A stretch of 64,000 bases of DNA. Origin: Bdellovibrionales bacterium. GTDB lineage: Bacteria; Bdellovibrionota; Bdellovibrionia; Bdellovibrionales; CAYMLA01. Below the pieces are notes generated by a model. That model saw only the letters and a program-made list of their open reading frames with translations. It did no database searches and had not been told where the DNA came from. Shown here in pieces: positions 40,841-51,210 of this stretch (position 1 is the stretch's first letter; each line of letters starts with the position of its first letter). A program made the translations under genes and the position numbers. The stretch covers positions 544,001 to 608,000 of the forward strand of contig OZ244239.1 in assembly GCA_965217115.1 (NCBI GenBank), written 5' to 3'.

Positions 40841-41848
40841 ATGCAACTGCAAACTCCCTATAGAACAAAAATATCTGGTCATGGATCATGTCTTCCCGAG
40901 AGAATTCTGAGTAATCAGGATCTGGAAAAAATGATCGATACCACCGATCAATGGATCACTGAACGCACTGGGATCAGAGAAAGACGTATCATCTCTGAAG
41001 AGGACTCCCTCAGTGGCATGGGGTTCGAAGCAACAAAGGTCGCCCTGAAAAATGCCAATATGGAAGCCAGTGAAATAGACATGATCCTCTTTGCCACAGT
41101 CACCGCAGAACAGGTCATGCCCAGCACGGCTTGCATTCTCCAAAAAAAATTAGAAGCCCTCGGACTCCGTAAGGTGATGTCCTTTGATCTCATCGCCGCC
41201 TGCTCAGGGTTTGTCTACGGCCTAACCGTCGCCGATCAATTTATCCGCACTGGAATGTATAAAAATATTTTAGTCGTCGGTGGAGAGACTCTCAGTCGAT
41301 ACATAGACTATCAAGACCGCTCCACTTGCATTCTCTTTGGGGATGGTGCGGGGGCATTCATCGTCTCACGGGCTGATAGTGATGACTCAAACCTTATTCT
41401 CAGCGCTGATATTCAAGCCGATGGGTCCCTGGGACACCTTCTCGAATTGCCCAACTCACGCCCAAAAATTCCCCTAAAAACCCATGAACACTTTCCCATG
41501 GACTATGTGAACATGAACGGTCGAGAGATTTTTAAGCACGCCGTGCGCATGATGAGCCATAGCGCCCTCAAAGTGCTCGACGACTGTCAACTCAGCTTAA
41601 CTGATGTCGACTGGCTCATCCCCCATCAAGCCAACCAAAGAATTATCGAAGCCATCGGCAAGAAATTAGAACTCCCCAGCGATAAGATCATCTCCACCAT
41701 CGCCAAAACTGCCAACACCTCGGCTGGATCAATTCCCATCGCTTTTGATCTCGCTTGCCAGGATGGACGCATCCAACGGGGGCAGATAGTTCTTCTCGCC
41801 GCCTTCGGTGGAGGATTTACAAGTGGCAGTGTCCTATTAAAATTCTAA
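40841..41848 (+). CDS. fabH: 3-oxoacyl-ACP synthase III
   Basis: AACSGF, LFGDGAGA, PHQAN, NTSAGSIP. Confidence 0.96.
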   Translation: MQLQTPYRTKISGHGSCLPERILSNQDLEKMIDTTDQWITERTGIRERRIISEEDSLSGMGFEATKVALKNANMEASEIDMILFATVTAEQVMPSTACILQKKLEALGLRKVMSFDLIAACSGFVYGLTVADQFIRTGMYKNILVVGGETLSRYIDYQDRSTCILFGDGAGAFIVSRADSDDSNLILSADIQADGSLGHLLELPNSRPKIPLKTHEHFPMDYVNMNGREIFKHAVRMMSHSALKVLDDCQLSLTDVDWLIPHQANQRIIEAIGKKLELPSDKIISTIAKTANTSAGSIPIAFDLACQDGRIQRGQIVLLAAFGGGFTSGSVLLKF

Positions 41849-41888
41849 TCTAATATCACCCCTTTGATCTGCAATAAGGAGAGTTAAA

Positions 41889-42848
41889 ATGCAAGCGGCT
41901 CTATTTCCAGGACAGGGAAGTCAGAAAACTGGCATGGGAAAATTTCTTTACGATAATTTCCAACAGGCAAAAGACACTTTCGAAGAAGCCAACGACACCC
42001 TCAAACAGGATTTTAAAAAACTCTGCTTTGACGGGCCATTGGACCAACTCTCCCTCACACAAAACACCCAGCCCGCCCTGCTCCTGGTCTCAACAGCCAC
42101 CCACAGAGTGATCAACTCCCTCATGCCCCTCCCCCTCACTGCTGTTGCAGGGCACTCCATTGGTGAATACGCCGCCGTTGTCGCCGCCAAGGGCCTCAGC
42201 TTCTCCGAAGCCCTCGTTGCCGTACGCAAAAGGGGCCTGGCCATGCAGGAAGCTGTGCCCGTAGGAGAGGGCTCCATGCTCGCAGTCCTGGGGCTTGGAG
42301 AGGACCAGGTCAGACAACTCTGCCAGTGGACCATGGAAAACTCCGGGGAAAAGCCCCTGGAACCCGCCAACTTCAATGCCCCTGGACAAATCGTTATCAG
42401 CGGTTCAACCAGAGCTGTTAAGTGGCTCAAAGAAAATTTTAGCCCTGATCTCTTTTCTGAAAAGCCGAGACAAGCTAAGTTAATCCCTCTCAACGTCTCA
42501 GCTCCATTTCACTGCTCACTGATGAAACCAGCACAGGAGACCATGGACCGTGTTCTGGCTGAATTAAACTTCAATGACACTGAGTGTCCAGTCGTGCAAA
42601 ACACCGATGCCCAGCCTCGGCAAAGCGCCTCAGACATACGCAATCACCTCGTCTCTCAGGTCTCCTCTCCCGTGCAATGGATAAAGTGCATCGAAAAAAT
42701 GAAAGAGCTTGGAATTCAGCGTTTTATTGAAATGGGCACAGGAAAAGTCCTCTCAGGGCTTGTAAAAAAAATTGACTCAGAGAGCTTCACAACATTCAAT
42801 GTAAACTCATTAGAAGATATAACAGAACTAGAAAAAACAACGACTTAG
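41889..42848 (+). CDS. fabD: ACP S-malonyltransferase
   Basis: FPGQGSQ, GHSIGEY, VSAPFH. Confidence 0.97.
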   Translation: MQAALFPGQGSQKTGMGKFLYDNFQQAKDTFEEANDTLKQDFKKLCFDGPLDQLSLTQNTQPALLLVSTATHRVINSLMPLPLTAVAGHSIGEYAAVVAAKGLSFSEALVAVRKRGLAMQEAVPVGEGSMLAVLGLGEDQVRQLCQWTMENSGEKPLEPANFNAPGQIVISGSTRAVKWLKENFSPDLFSEKPRQAKLIPLNVSAPFHCSLMKPAQETMDRVLAELNFNDTECPVVQNTDAQPRQSASDIRNHLVSQVSSPVQWIKCIEKMKELGIQRFIEMGTGKVLSGLVKKIDSESFTTFNVNSLEDITELEKTTT

Positions 42849-42855
42849 AAAGTAT

Positions 42856-43605
42856 TTGAAAATGACAAGATTGAGAGACAAGAAAATTATAGTCACTGGC
42901 GGAAGTCGCGGAATCGGAGCTGCCATTGTTCAGTCCATCGCCCAACAGGGAGGACAGGTCGCCTTCTCATACGCCTCCCGTGAAGAGGCTGCCCAAGAAG
43001 TTCTGCAAAATCTTCCAGGAGAAGGACATTTTCATTTTCCCATGGATATTTCTGACGAAACTTCAGTTTTAGAGTCCATCAAAAAAACAATCGAAAGACT
43101 CGGCGGCCTCTACGGCTTAGTCAACAACGCCGGTATCACCTGTGATCAACTTCTTCTACGAATGAAAACAGAGGATTTTGACAAGGTGGTTAACACAAAT
43201 CTCCGTGGAGCCTTTCTCTGCACAAAATCAGTTATGAAAACTCTTATGCGTGCCAAAGGAAGTTCCATTGTGAATATAACAAGCGTGATTGGCCTCACCG
43301 GAAACCCTGGGCAAGCCAACTACGCCGCCAGCAAAGCCGGAGTTGTTGCCTTCAGTAAATCCATTGCACAGGAGGTCGCCTCTCGAAAAGTTCGAGTCAA
43401 TTGCGTCGCCCCTGGATTTATTCAAACAGATATGACAAATCAACTGACCGATGGGCAACAACAGGAAATTAAAAATAGTATTCCTTCACAGGAATTAGGT
43501 ACAACTGAAGATGTCGCTAACGCCACAGTGTTTCTACTCAGTGACGAGAGCAAATACATCACAGGACATACTCTCAATGTTAATGGTGGAATGTTAATGG
43601 TTTAA
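42856..43605 (+). CDS. fabG: 3-oxoacyl-ACP reductase
   Basis: [19 protein letters not shown]; fab synteny. Confidence 0.96.
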   Translation: MKMTRLRDKKIIVTGGSRGIGAAIVQSIAQQGGQVAFSYASREEAAQEVLQNLPGEGHFHFPMDISDETSVLESIKKTIERLGGLYGLVNNAGITCDQLLLRMKTEDFDKVVNTNLRGAFLCTKSVMKTLMRAKGSSIVNITSVIGLTGNPGQANYAASKAGVVAFSKSIAQEVASRKVRVNCVAPGFIQTDMTNQLTDGQQQEIKNSIPSQELGTTEDVANATVFLLSDESKYITGHTLNVNGGMLMV

Positions 43606-43646
43606 AAAACAATTTTATATTTTTAATAAAACACGGAGGATTAAAA

Positions 43647-43880
43647 ATGGCAGACTTTACAAAAATCAAAGAACTCATCGTCGAACAACTAGGTGTCGAA
43701 GCTGATAAGGTAAAACCTGAGGCTTCCTTCATTGATGACCTGGGTGCCGACAGCCTAGATATCGTCGAACTCATTATGGCCATCGAAGAGGAGTTTGACC
43801 TTGAAGTTCCTGACGAAGAAGCAGAAAAATTAAAAACTGTTCAAGACGTTATCTCCTACCTAGAGTCAAAAGATAAGTGA
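43647..43880 (+). CDS. acpP: Acyl carrier protein
   Basis: [12 protein letters not shown]. Confidence 0.98.
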   Translation: MADFTKIKELIVEQLGVEADKVKPEASFIDDLGADSLDIVELIMAIEEEFDLEVPDEEAEKLKTVQDVISYLESKDK

Positions 43881-43920
43881 TCACTTTTTGTCATAGGCAC
43901 AAAATGGAGCAAGCATAAAT

Positions 43921-45198
43921 ATGGCTATCAAAGAACTCTCATACTCCCGCCCTGATAAAAAGCAGCGGCGGGTTGTCGTCACCGGAATTGGAGCGCTCAC
44001 TCCAGTCGGTCTAACAGCTCAGTCATCATGGCAAGCTGTTCTCGATAAAAAAAGTGGCATTGATAAAATCTCACACTTTGATACCAGTCAATACACTGTA
44101 CAGATTGCTGGTGAAGTTAAAGGGTTTGATCCCAATAAATTTATCTCTAGCAAAGAGCAAAAAAAAATGGGCCGCTTCATTCAATTATCCCTCGCCACCG
44201 CACAAATGGCCATGGAAGATGCTCGCCTAGAAATAAAGGATGACCATCAAGCTCGGCGCACTGGTTCTATTATAGGAGTCGGCATCGGTGGACTTCCTCA
44301 TATTGAAGTACAACATAGGAGACTTCTTGAAAAAGGGCCTGAGAAGGTCTCCCCTTTTTTCATTCCCATGGTGATTAGTAATTTAGCTTCTGGCCACATC
44401 AGCATTAAATACAATGCCAAATCTATAAACTATTCCATCAGCTCTGCCTGCTCATCTGGCAACCATGCCATTGGAGAAGCCGCGCAGTACATACGCGACC
44501 ATCGAGCCGATGTTATGATCGCTGGTGGCTCCGAAGCCTCTGTCACCCCCATGGCCATTGCTGGTTTTAACTCCATGAGAGCATTGTCCCGTAACAACGA
44601 TTCTCCCAAGAGTGCCAGTTGTCCATTTGACCAAAGAAGAAATGGTTTTGTCCTCTCTGAAGGAGCGGCGACTTTAATATTAGAAGACCTGGATCACGCC
44701 CAAAAACGGGGGGCCACCATCTACGCTGAGGTTTCAGGATATGGGTTCTCGTCCGACGCTTATCACATAAGCAGCCCATCAAGAGATGGCAGTGGCGCCA
44801 GCGCATCCATAGAGGGAGCTCTTAACGATGCCATGTTAACAAGTCAGGATATCTCCTACATCAATGCCCACGGCACAAGCACGCCCGTTGGAGACTCCAT
44901 TGAGTGCAAAGCTATTAATAATGTCTTCAAAGATCACCCCGTTCTTGTGAGTAGCACCAAAGGAGCCACCGGCCATCTACTAGGTGCAGCTGGAGCTATC
45001 GAAAGTATTTTCTCTATCATGACAATCAAAGATCAAATAGCTCCACCCACAACAAACTTAGAGAACATTGGCGAAGGATGTGATGTTCAACATATTATTG
45101 GTGAACCAAAATCTGGAAACTTCGATCACGTCCTCAGCAATAGTTTTGGTTTTGGCGGAACAAATTCTTCGCTTATTTTTTCCAAAGTTGCAACCTAA
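43921..45198 (+). CDS. fabF: 3-oxoacyl-ACP synthase II
   Basis: SACSS, NAHGTST, TGHLLGAAG, NSFGFGG. Confidence 0.96.
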   Translation: MAIKELSYSRPDKKQRRVVVTGIGALTPVGLTAQSSWQAVLDKKSGIDKISHFDTSQYTVQIAGEVKGFDPNKFISSKEQKKMGRFIQLSLATAQMAMEDARLEIKDDHQARRTGSIIGVGIGGLPHIEVQHRRLLEKGPEKVSPFFIPMVISNLASGHISIKYNAKSINYSISSACSSGNHAIGEAAQYIRDHRADVMIAGGSEASVTPMAIAGFNSMRALSRNNDSPKSASCPFDQRRNGFVLSEGAATLILEDLDHAQKRGATIYAEVSGYGFSSDAYHISSPSRDGSGASASIEGALNDAMLTSQDISYINAHGTSTPVGDSIECKAINNVFKDHPVLVSSTKGATGHLLGAAGAIESIFSIMTIKDQIAPPTTNLENIGEGCDVQHIIGEPKSGNFDHVLSNSFGFGGTNSSLIFSKVAT

Positions 45199-45215
45199 GA
45201 AAAGGACTTTATAAA

Positions 45216-45677
45216 ATGTCTGATGAAATTTCCTCTAAAACAACTATTCTCTTAGCGAGCGATCACGCTGGTTTTCCCTTAAAAGAAAAAATCAAAAAGC
45301 ATTTACTTCAAAGTGGGAAGAACATCAAAGACATGGGACCTTCAACAGAAGATCGAGTCGATTATCCTGATTTTGCCAATCTCGTTGCAGAAAAAATACA
45401 AAATGAAGATCAAAGCGATATCTTCATTGGAATTCTTGTCTGTGGATCAGGGCAGGGAATGTCTATGAGAGCTAATAAATTCTCAAAAATCAGAGCCGCT
45501 CTCTGCTACAATGAAGAGTCTTGTCTGTTATCACGCCAACATAACAACAGCAATATTCTGTGTCTTGGAGAACGATTAATTGATTACAGTCTCGCTATTG
45601 AGTTAGTTGATTTATTTTTAAAGACTCCCTTCGAAGGTGGTCGTCACAGTGATCGTGTCAGTAAAATTTGTATGTGA
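45216..45677 (+). CDS. rpiB: Ribose-5-phosphate isomerase B
   Basis: SDHAG, CGSGQG, FEGGRH. Confidence 0.95.
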   Translation: MSDEISSKTTILLASDHAGFPLKEKIKKHLLQSGKNIKDMGPSTEDRVDYPDFANLVAEKIQNEDQSDIFIGILVCGSGQGMSMRANKFSKIRAALCYNEESCLLSRQHNNSNILCLGERLIDYSLAIELVDLFLKTPFEGGRHSDRVSKICM

Positions 45678-45685
45678 GGTTCATA

Positions 45686-46924
45686 ATGTTAAAAAATGCC
45701 GACCCAATTATCCATCAATCCATTGAAGAGGAACTTCAAAGGCAAGAGTATGGACTGGAGATGATTGCCTCCGAAAATTATGTCTCCCCCGCAGTTCTGG
45801 AAGCCCAGGGCTCTATTCTTACCAATAAATACGCCGAGGGATATCCAGGCAAGAGATACTACGGCGGCTGTCATGTGGTTGATCAAATCGAGCAGCTCGC
45901 GATCGACAGAGCCAAGGAACTCTTTGGGGCCGAACACGCCAATGTTCAACCCCACTCAGGAAGCCAAGCAAACATGGCTGTCTATATGGCCGCCCTCTCC
46001 CCCGGTGACAAAGTCATGGGCATGGACCTGTCTAATGGTGGGCACCTCACCCATGGTTCACCAGTGAACTTTTCAGGAACATTATACAATGTTATCTCCT
46101 ACAAGTTAGATCCTCAAACTCAGAGAATCAATTACGATCAAATGCACTCCCTCGCACAGGAGCATCAACCAAAAATGATCATTGCAGGTTACAGTGCCTA
46201 CCCACGCTCTCTAGAGTTTTCTAAGTTCAGAGAAATTGCCGACTCTATCGGAGCTAAACTCCTCGTAGACATGGCCCACTTCTCTGGTTTGGTTGCTGGT
46301 GGTGTCCATGAGTCCCCTATTCCCTATGCCGACTTTGTGACATCCACAACCCATAAAACCCTACGTGGCCCACGGGGAGGCTTGATTCTCTGTAAGGAAG
46401 AATACGCTAAAAAAGTTAATTCTAAAATTTTTCCCGGTATTCAGGGCGGTCCCCTGGAACACATTATCGCTGCCAAGGCCGTCGCTTTCGGCGAAGCTCT
46501 AAAACCCTCATTCAAAACCTACGTTGAGCAAGTTGTCAAAAATTGCCAAACCTTGGCTAAAGAACTCATGGCGAACGATCTAAAACTTGTTACAGACGGA
46601 ACTGATAACCACCTTATCCTCATTGATCTCTCTTCGACAGAGGTCACGGGTAAACTGGCCGAGAATGCTCTCGATGAAGCTGGTATCACTGTCAATAAAA
46701 ACACCGTGCCCAATGAACAGCGCAGCCCTTTCGTAACGAGTGGCATTCGCATCGGTACAGCGGCATTAACAACCAGGGGAATGAAAGAAGAAGAGATGAA
46801 AACCATCGCAAAATGGCTCATCGCCGTCATTGCTGACCCTGAAAATAAATCTCATCTCAAGAAGATAAAACAAGATGTTAAAAAAATGTGTCTTAATTTT
46901 CCATTGTACATAAAATCTTCTTAA
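45686..46924 (+). CDS. glyA: Serine hydroxymethyltransferase
   Basis: [25 protein letters not shown]. Confidence 0.98.
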   Translation: MLKNADPIIHQSIEEELQRQEYGLEMIASENYVSPAVLEAQGSILTNKYAEGYPGKRYYGGCHVVDQIEQLAIDRAKELFGAEHANVQPHSGSQANMAVYMAALSPGDKVMGMDLSNGGHLTHGSPVNFSGTLYNVISYKLDPQTQRINYDQMHSLAQEHQPKMIIAGYSAYPRSLEFSKFREIADSIGAKLLVDMAHFSGLVAGGVHESPIPYADFVTSTTHKTLRGPRGGLILCKEEYAKKVNSKIFPGIQGGPLEHIIAAKAVAFGEALKPSFKTYVEQVVKNCQTLAKELMANDLKLVTDGTDNHLILIDLSSTEVTGKLAENALDEAGITVNKNTVPNEQRSPFVTSGIRIGTAALTTRGMKEEEMKTIAKWLIAVIADPENKSHLKKIKQDVKKMCLNFPLYIKSS

Positions 46925-46943
46925 AACTTTTACAGGCGCTCCT

Positions 46944-47441
46944 ATGAGTTATCTCTCTACACACTCTTATAAAAAATCACATTTTATTTTCTTGATACTC
47001 ACAGGGTTTCTGATCCTTAGTAGCTGTTCAACTCCGCCTCGTATAAGACAGTTGAAAAAAAAAACCTCCCGTAAACATTATTTTGACTGGCCTGTCGATC
47101 GCGCCCGTTTAACGCAAAAATTCAAACTCTACTCCCACCTGGGAATTGATCTCGCCTTTAAAACAGGAACTCCTATCTACGCAGCACACGATGGTATCGT
47201 TATATACGCAAACTCTGGGTTTTCTGGATTTGGAAAATTAATCATCATCGAGGGAGAAAACAATAACCTGGCCACATTCTACGGCCATTTAAATAAAATT
47301 CGCGTCCAACAAGGGCAGCGAGTCTCTCAGGGCAATCGCATCGGTGATATGGGAAGCACAGGCCGTTCTAGTGGCACCCACCTTCATTTTGAAATTCGTA
47401 AGAACAAACGATCTCAGGACCCTCTCAAGTATCTTCCATAA
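46944..47441 (+). CDS. M23 family peptidase lipoprotein
   Basis: Lipobox LSSC; HLGID and HLHFE zinc motifs. Confidence 0.9.
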   Translation: MSYLSTHSYKKSHFIFLILTGFLILSSCSTPPRIRQLKKKTSRKHYFDWPVDRARLTQKFKLYSHLGIDLAFKTGTPIYAAHDGIVIYANSGFSGFGKLIIIEGENNNLATFYGHLNKIRVQQGQRVSQGNRIGDMGSTGRSSGTHLHFEIRKNKRSQDPLKYLP

Positions 47442-47457
47442 TAGATATTAAGATGGC

Positions 47458-48363
47458 CTAATCCTTCTCCGCCATTTTATTTACAGCTAGCATAGATTCA
47501 CGGATCTGCTCAGCCATGCTGCCCACCGCGTTCGCTGAATAAGGAAGTAGCAACGTATTTGTTTTAGAATTTTTTGTCACATCCTGAACCGTATCATAAT
47601 GCTGAGTCATCAAAAGCAAAGTCATCACTTCAGATTGCTCCGCCCCTGTTTGTGAAATCGTCTCCATTGCTTCCCTAATACCACCAGCAATTTCCAAACG
47701 CTGGGCCGCTAAACCAACCCCCTGTAACCGCTTGCTCTCCGCCTCTCCCTCAGCCTCTTTGACTCGCTTAATCTTAGACGCTTCGGCCTCATTCTCTGCA
47801 GCGACCTTGTCCCTTTCAGTGGCATTAATGCGGTTCATCGAATCTTTGACATCCTTATCTGGTTGAATGTCCGTCACCAAAGATTTTGCAATGGAAAAAC
47901 CGTATTCATCCATCGATTCAGATAGACTGTCCTTAATTGCTAGAGCCACGGCATCTTTATTGGCAAAAACATCATCCAAAGTCATCTTAGGAATCTCTGA
48001 TCTCACAACATCAAAAATATAGGCCTCAATCTGTGTTTCAGGAGATTCCAACTTGTAATAGGACTCTTCAATCTTATCAGACAAAACGAAAAATTGAACA
48101 GACACATTCGTAAGAACAAACACATTATCTAACGTTTTTGTCTCTACCTCTACATCCAATTGTCGAATACGCATGTTTTGAAAAAACACAATTCTATCAA
48201 TGAATGGGATCTTTAATTGCAACCCTGGATTAGCAACTCGTTCAAATTTCCCTAATCTCTCTATGATAGCTGCTGTTTTTTGACGAACTACAAAAAAACC
48301 ATCATAAATCACATACAGGGCAACTGCCATTACTACATAAAAAAAAGATCCTTCCATAATCAA
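47458..48363 (-). CDS. SPFH/band 7 domain protein
   Basis: ERLGKF, ETKTLDNVFV, EAESKRLQGVG. Confidence 0.92.
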   Translation of the reverse strand: MIMEGSFFYVVMAVALYVIYDGFFVVRQKTAAIIERLGKFERVANPGLQLKIPFIDRIVFFQNMRIRQLDVEVETKTLDNVFVLTNVSVQFFVLSDKIEESYYKLESPETQIEAYIFDVVRSEIPKMTLDDVFANKDAVALAIKDSLSESMDEYGFSIAKSLVTDIQPDKDVKDSMNRINATERDKVAAENEAEASKIKRVKEAEGEAESKRLQGVGLAAQRLEIAGGIREAMETISQTGAEQSEVMTLLLMTQHYDTVQDVTKNSKTNTLLLPYSANAVGSMAEQIRESMLAVNKMAEKD

Positions 48364-48402
48364 ACTCCCGTTGGGTTAGGAATACACTGACATTAAATCG
48401 AT

Positions 48403-48615
48403 TTATTTTTTCTTATGATGTTTGCATTCACCTTTTTTATGGCTCCTACATTCTCTTTTTTTCTTTATTGAACAACTTTTCTTTTTGCAAACCCCTTTAT
48501 GGGAGCAACTAGCCTTGCCGTGATGACCACGCTTACCGTGATGTCCGTGACCTCCATGATGAGCACAGCTCGCTAGTAGAAAAATAAAACTTAATGCAAT
48601 CATCATTGTCTTCAT
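48403..48615 (-). CDS. Small His/Cys/Lys-rich lipoprotein
   Basis: AGGGAG RBS; lipobox LASC. Confidence 0.7.
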   Translation of the reverse strand: MKTMMIALSFIFLLASCAHHGGHGHHGKRGHHGKASCSHKGVCKKKSCSIKKKRECRSHKKGECKHHKKK

Positions 48616-48798
48616 CTAAAACTCCCTTTTTTAAATTGTTATTTATAAATTCGGTGCCAAATTATAAGGACCTCTAGCCTCTTTCTACAATCTTTTTTAT
48701 TGATTTTTCACTGCTCTGTACCAAATACTGAAACCAACCCCCAGTGAGCCCTTGATTTCACATCTCGCCTATCATAAGCTCGCCACAGATAATGCTGC

Positions 48799-48875
48799 GC
48801 AGCCGTAGTTCAACTGGATAGAGCACCAGACTTCGAATCTGGGGGTTGCAGGTTCGAGTCCTGCCGGCTGCACCA
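48799..48875 (+). tRNA. tRNA-Arg (TCG)
   Basis: GCAGCCG/CGGCTGC acceptor stem, CCAGA-CTTCGAA-TCTGG anticodon arm, GGTTCGAGTCC, CCA. Confidence 0.96.
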
Positions 48876-48879
48876 TTCT

Positions 48880-48929
48880 GACCTCCTGGGGCTAACCAGG
48901 TCCATTTTTTATGTTAAAATGGACAGGGT
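48880..48929. repeat. Double-hairpin module, copy A (possible tRNA terminator and extended -10 promoter)
   Basis: Homologous to 36412-36462; contains TGTTAAAAT. Confidence 0.7.
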
Positions 48930-48965
48930 GCTGACTGTGTAGATTGGTCTTGCTAGAATAAACAC

Positions 48966-49403
48966 ATGGCTCGAAGTATAAAATTTTTAATAATTATTAT
49001 GTTCATATATTTTTCATGTCTAGCGGAGAAAAATAAGAGCTTAGAAAAGTCATTGCCTGCTAAGCAGGATTTTAGAAATATTTTTAATTTTTTAGGCCGT
49101 GATTTTGGGTGTAGAGCCAAGCATAGTTGGATTGGAATAAAACTGTTATCAAAACACATAATTCTACTCGAAAATGACGGTGACTCAGATACCGAATATT
49201 ATAGAAGCACCTCCTATAAAAAAGGAAAATTAAGTGCTGAAAATTTTCTAGAAGGACATTATGATTATACAACAACAGTTCGTAAGTCATCATCACATCA
49301 ATCAAAAATTGAACTGAAAGGGTACAAAGACCATTTGGAATTAACAGTTTTTAAAAGAAATTCTAAAAATCAAAAAAAACTTATTTGCAAACCAAGACTT
49401 TAA
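48966..49403 (+). CDS. Hypothetical exported protein
   Basis: N-terminal hydrophobic signal. Confidence 0.65.
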   Translation: MARSIKFLIIIMFIYFSCLAEKNKSLEKSLPAKQDFRNIFNFLGRDFGCRAKHSWIGIKLLSKHIILLENDGDSDTEYYRSTSYKKGKLSAENFLEGHYDYTTTVRKSSSHQSKIELKGYKDHLELTVFKRNSKNQKKLICKPRL

Positions 49404-49406
49404 ACC

Positions 49407-49495
49407 ACTAGGTAGCTGACCAAATATCTGCCCAAAAAGACAATGGAAAAAGGGCCAGTTAAGTAGCTGGCCCTGCGGTTAAAAACCATTCCTTA
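49407..49495 (+). repeat. Post-gene direct repeat, copy 1 (89 bp)
   Basis: ACTAGGTAG(C/A)TGACCAAATATCTGCCCAAAAAGACA plus hairpin AGGGCCAGTT...AGCTGGCCCT. Confidence 0.92.
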
Positions 49496-49624
49496 GAAAG
49501 TGAGTTGAAACTCTCGGTTAATGGAGTTCAGTTTGTCCTTCTGGTCGAAAGTCTAACTAAAATAGAACCTTCCCCCCTCCTAGATATTATATTATAATGT
49601 TCCTGGACAACTAGGAGGTTGTAA

Positions 49625-50419
49625 TTGTTGAGACTTAGAAATTTTTTGGTTTTTTTTATTCTTTGTTTTTTATCTCTATTTTTATTTGGAGAAAGTAAGT
49701 CCGAGGTTCTTGGGCGAGTTCTAAATCTGAACTCGTGGGATATTGGCTCTGGTTTTACTTTTGACTCAAAAGGAGGAGTTCTATTTGATAGTGCTTTGTG
49801 GACTAAAAATGGTTCGACTTATACATCAAGAAAAGAGCCAAAGGGAGTCACTTTGAAGGAGAATGGGAATAGAATAGAAATCACTCGCTATGACGACTCT
49901 AATTATGGAAACTTTTTTAAGGACGCTTCTATAACGGTGATTTTAAATAATAAGGTTTCTTCACACACTGAAGTAAGTTTTGGAGGAGCTTATACCGTTA
50001 CTCCTCTTCTTTGTCTAACTATGGCTAAAAAGGTTGGAGCAAAAAATTTTGATGATTTAAAAGAAAAAGGTCAACACTGCGGTAAGTTAGTTGATACAAT
50101 TGTTTCTAGTATATTTAATGATACTGCATTAGAACTATACACTCGTGATATTCAGAAATCTAACCTTAAGAGGATGAAGTCTTCATCTGAGACATTATCT
50201 AAAATTGTTACTGACCGGACAGAGCGTGCTGGAAACTGGATTTTTGACAGTAAGCCTCGAGAAGGTAGATTTTTTAATAAATCCTTAGGAGGAAATGCAG
50301 GGAGAGCAGCTTCGGCGGTGTCTGAGGCTGTAGATGTCTGTAGAGCACTTTTCCCAAATTCTTTATTAAGGCCTTCTAATACAACGACTGTCCCCAATAA
50401 AAAGTCGGCTGTCAATTAG
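49625..50419 (+). CDS. Hypothetical secreted protein
   Basis: AGGAGG RBS, TTG start, signal peptide. Confidence 0.78.
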   Translation: MLRLRNFLVFFILCFLSLFLFGESKSEVLGRVLNLNSWDIGSGFTFDSKGGVLFDSALWTKNGSTYTSRKEPKGVTLKENGNRIEITRYDDSNYGNFFKDASITVILNNKVSSHTEVSFGGAYTVTPLLCLTMAKKVGAKNFDDLKEKGQHCGKLVDTIVSSIFNDTALELYTRDIQKSNLKRMKSSSETLSKIVTDRTERAGNWIFDSKPREGRFFNKSLGGNAGRAASAVSEAVDVCRALFPNSLLRPSNTTTVPNKKSAVN

Positions 50420-50437
50420 GTGGCCTGAGCCCTGTTG

Positions 50438-50525
50438 ACTAGGTAGATGACCAATATCTGCCCAAAAAGACAATGGGAAAAGGGCCAGTTAAGTAGCTGG
50501 CCCTGCGGTTAAAAACCATTCCTTA
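50438..50525 (+). repeat. Post-gene direct repeat, copy 2 (88 bp)
   Basis: Three differences from copy 1. Confidence 0.92.
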
Positions 50526-50530
50526 AAAAA

Positions 50531-51043
50531 GGTTCTTTGTGATAAATATTGGTGGAGCCAGTTTTTTTCTGATGAGCCGTTTTTTTTCTAGAGTATCTCC
50601 CAAAAGACTCTAGCCCTCTTCTTGCTCAAACATCCGTTTGTCACCTTCCATTGCAGAGAAATGCAATGGAAGTCGCCAAGCCAAACTCGCCGAAAAGAAC
50701 TGGACTCTTTTGGAAGATACCCTAGAAAAAAATGCCGTATTCAATCAATGAGTCAATGGATCTTTAGTGTAATATCAAAGGGAATTGTACAAAAGACTGG
50801 GAAGGCCAAAGTGTTGGTTTAGAAATAGGTCATTTATTCTGAACAAATTCGATCGAAAGTTTGAAACGAATAATAATAAACCTGGGTTGGTTTAGAAAAC
50901 TGAGCTCCATTAACTAGACAGATTTCCTCTATTTCTATGACTGACCTCCATGTATAACAACGCTGTTATCCATGGATAGTTTTAAAAGAGAACCCTCAAG
51001 ATGAGTCTCTTGGGAATAGTTCCACTATTTATCACAAAGAACC
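50531..51043. mobile_element. MITE-like element, copy 2, carrying about 240 bp of extra internal sequence
   Basis: Perfect 17-bp terminal IR GGTTCTTTGTGATAAAT / ATTTATCACAAAGAACC; homologous to 33211-33459. Confidence 0.8.
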
Positions 51044-51140
51044 AAACATTACTTAAAAAATCAAATTTTTACAAGAATTGTCACTGTTAACTTTTTAAAC
51101 AGAATATCTTAGTTAACTGCCTGTAACTACTATTTGAGAT

Positions 51141-51155
51141 TGGCAGTCATCTTGC
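51141..51155 (+). promoter_or_regulatory. sigma54 -24/-12 promoter
   Basis: TGGCAGTCATCTTGC, 55 bp before the ATG. Confidence 0.7.
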
Positions 51156-51210
51156 TTTAAATAGCACTGATAAGCTGAATTTTTATTCACAAAACTGTAG
51201 GGTTACCGCT

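Noticed and set aside
48892..48919. dif/pdif site (TTATGTTAAAA resembles the XerD arm)
   Set aside because: The position of the XerC arm (CTAACCAGGTC) does not resemble the expected arm ending in ATAA
49407..50525. Repeats as integron attC sites
   Set aside because: No RYYYAAC...GTTRRRY ends or full-length imperfect palindrome, and no IntI-type integrase
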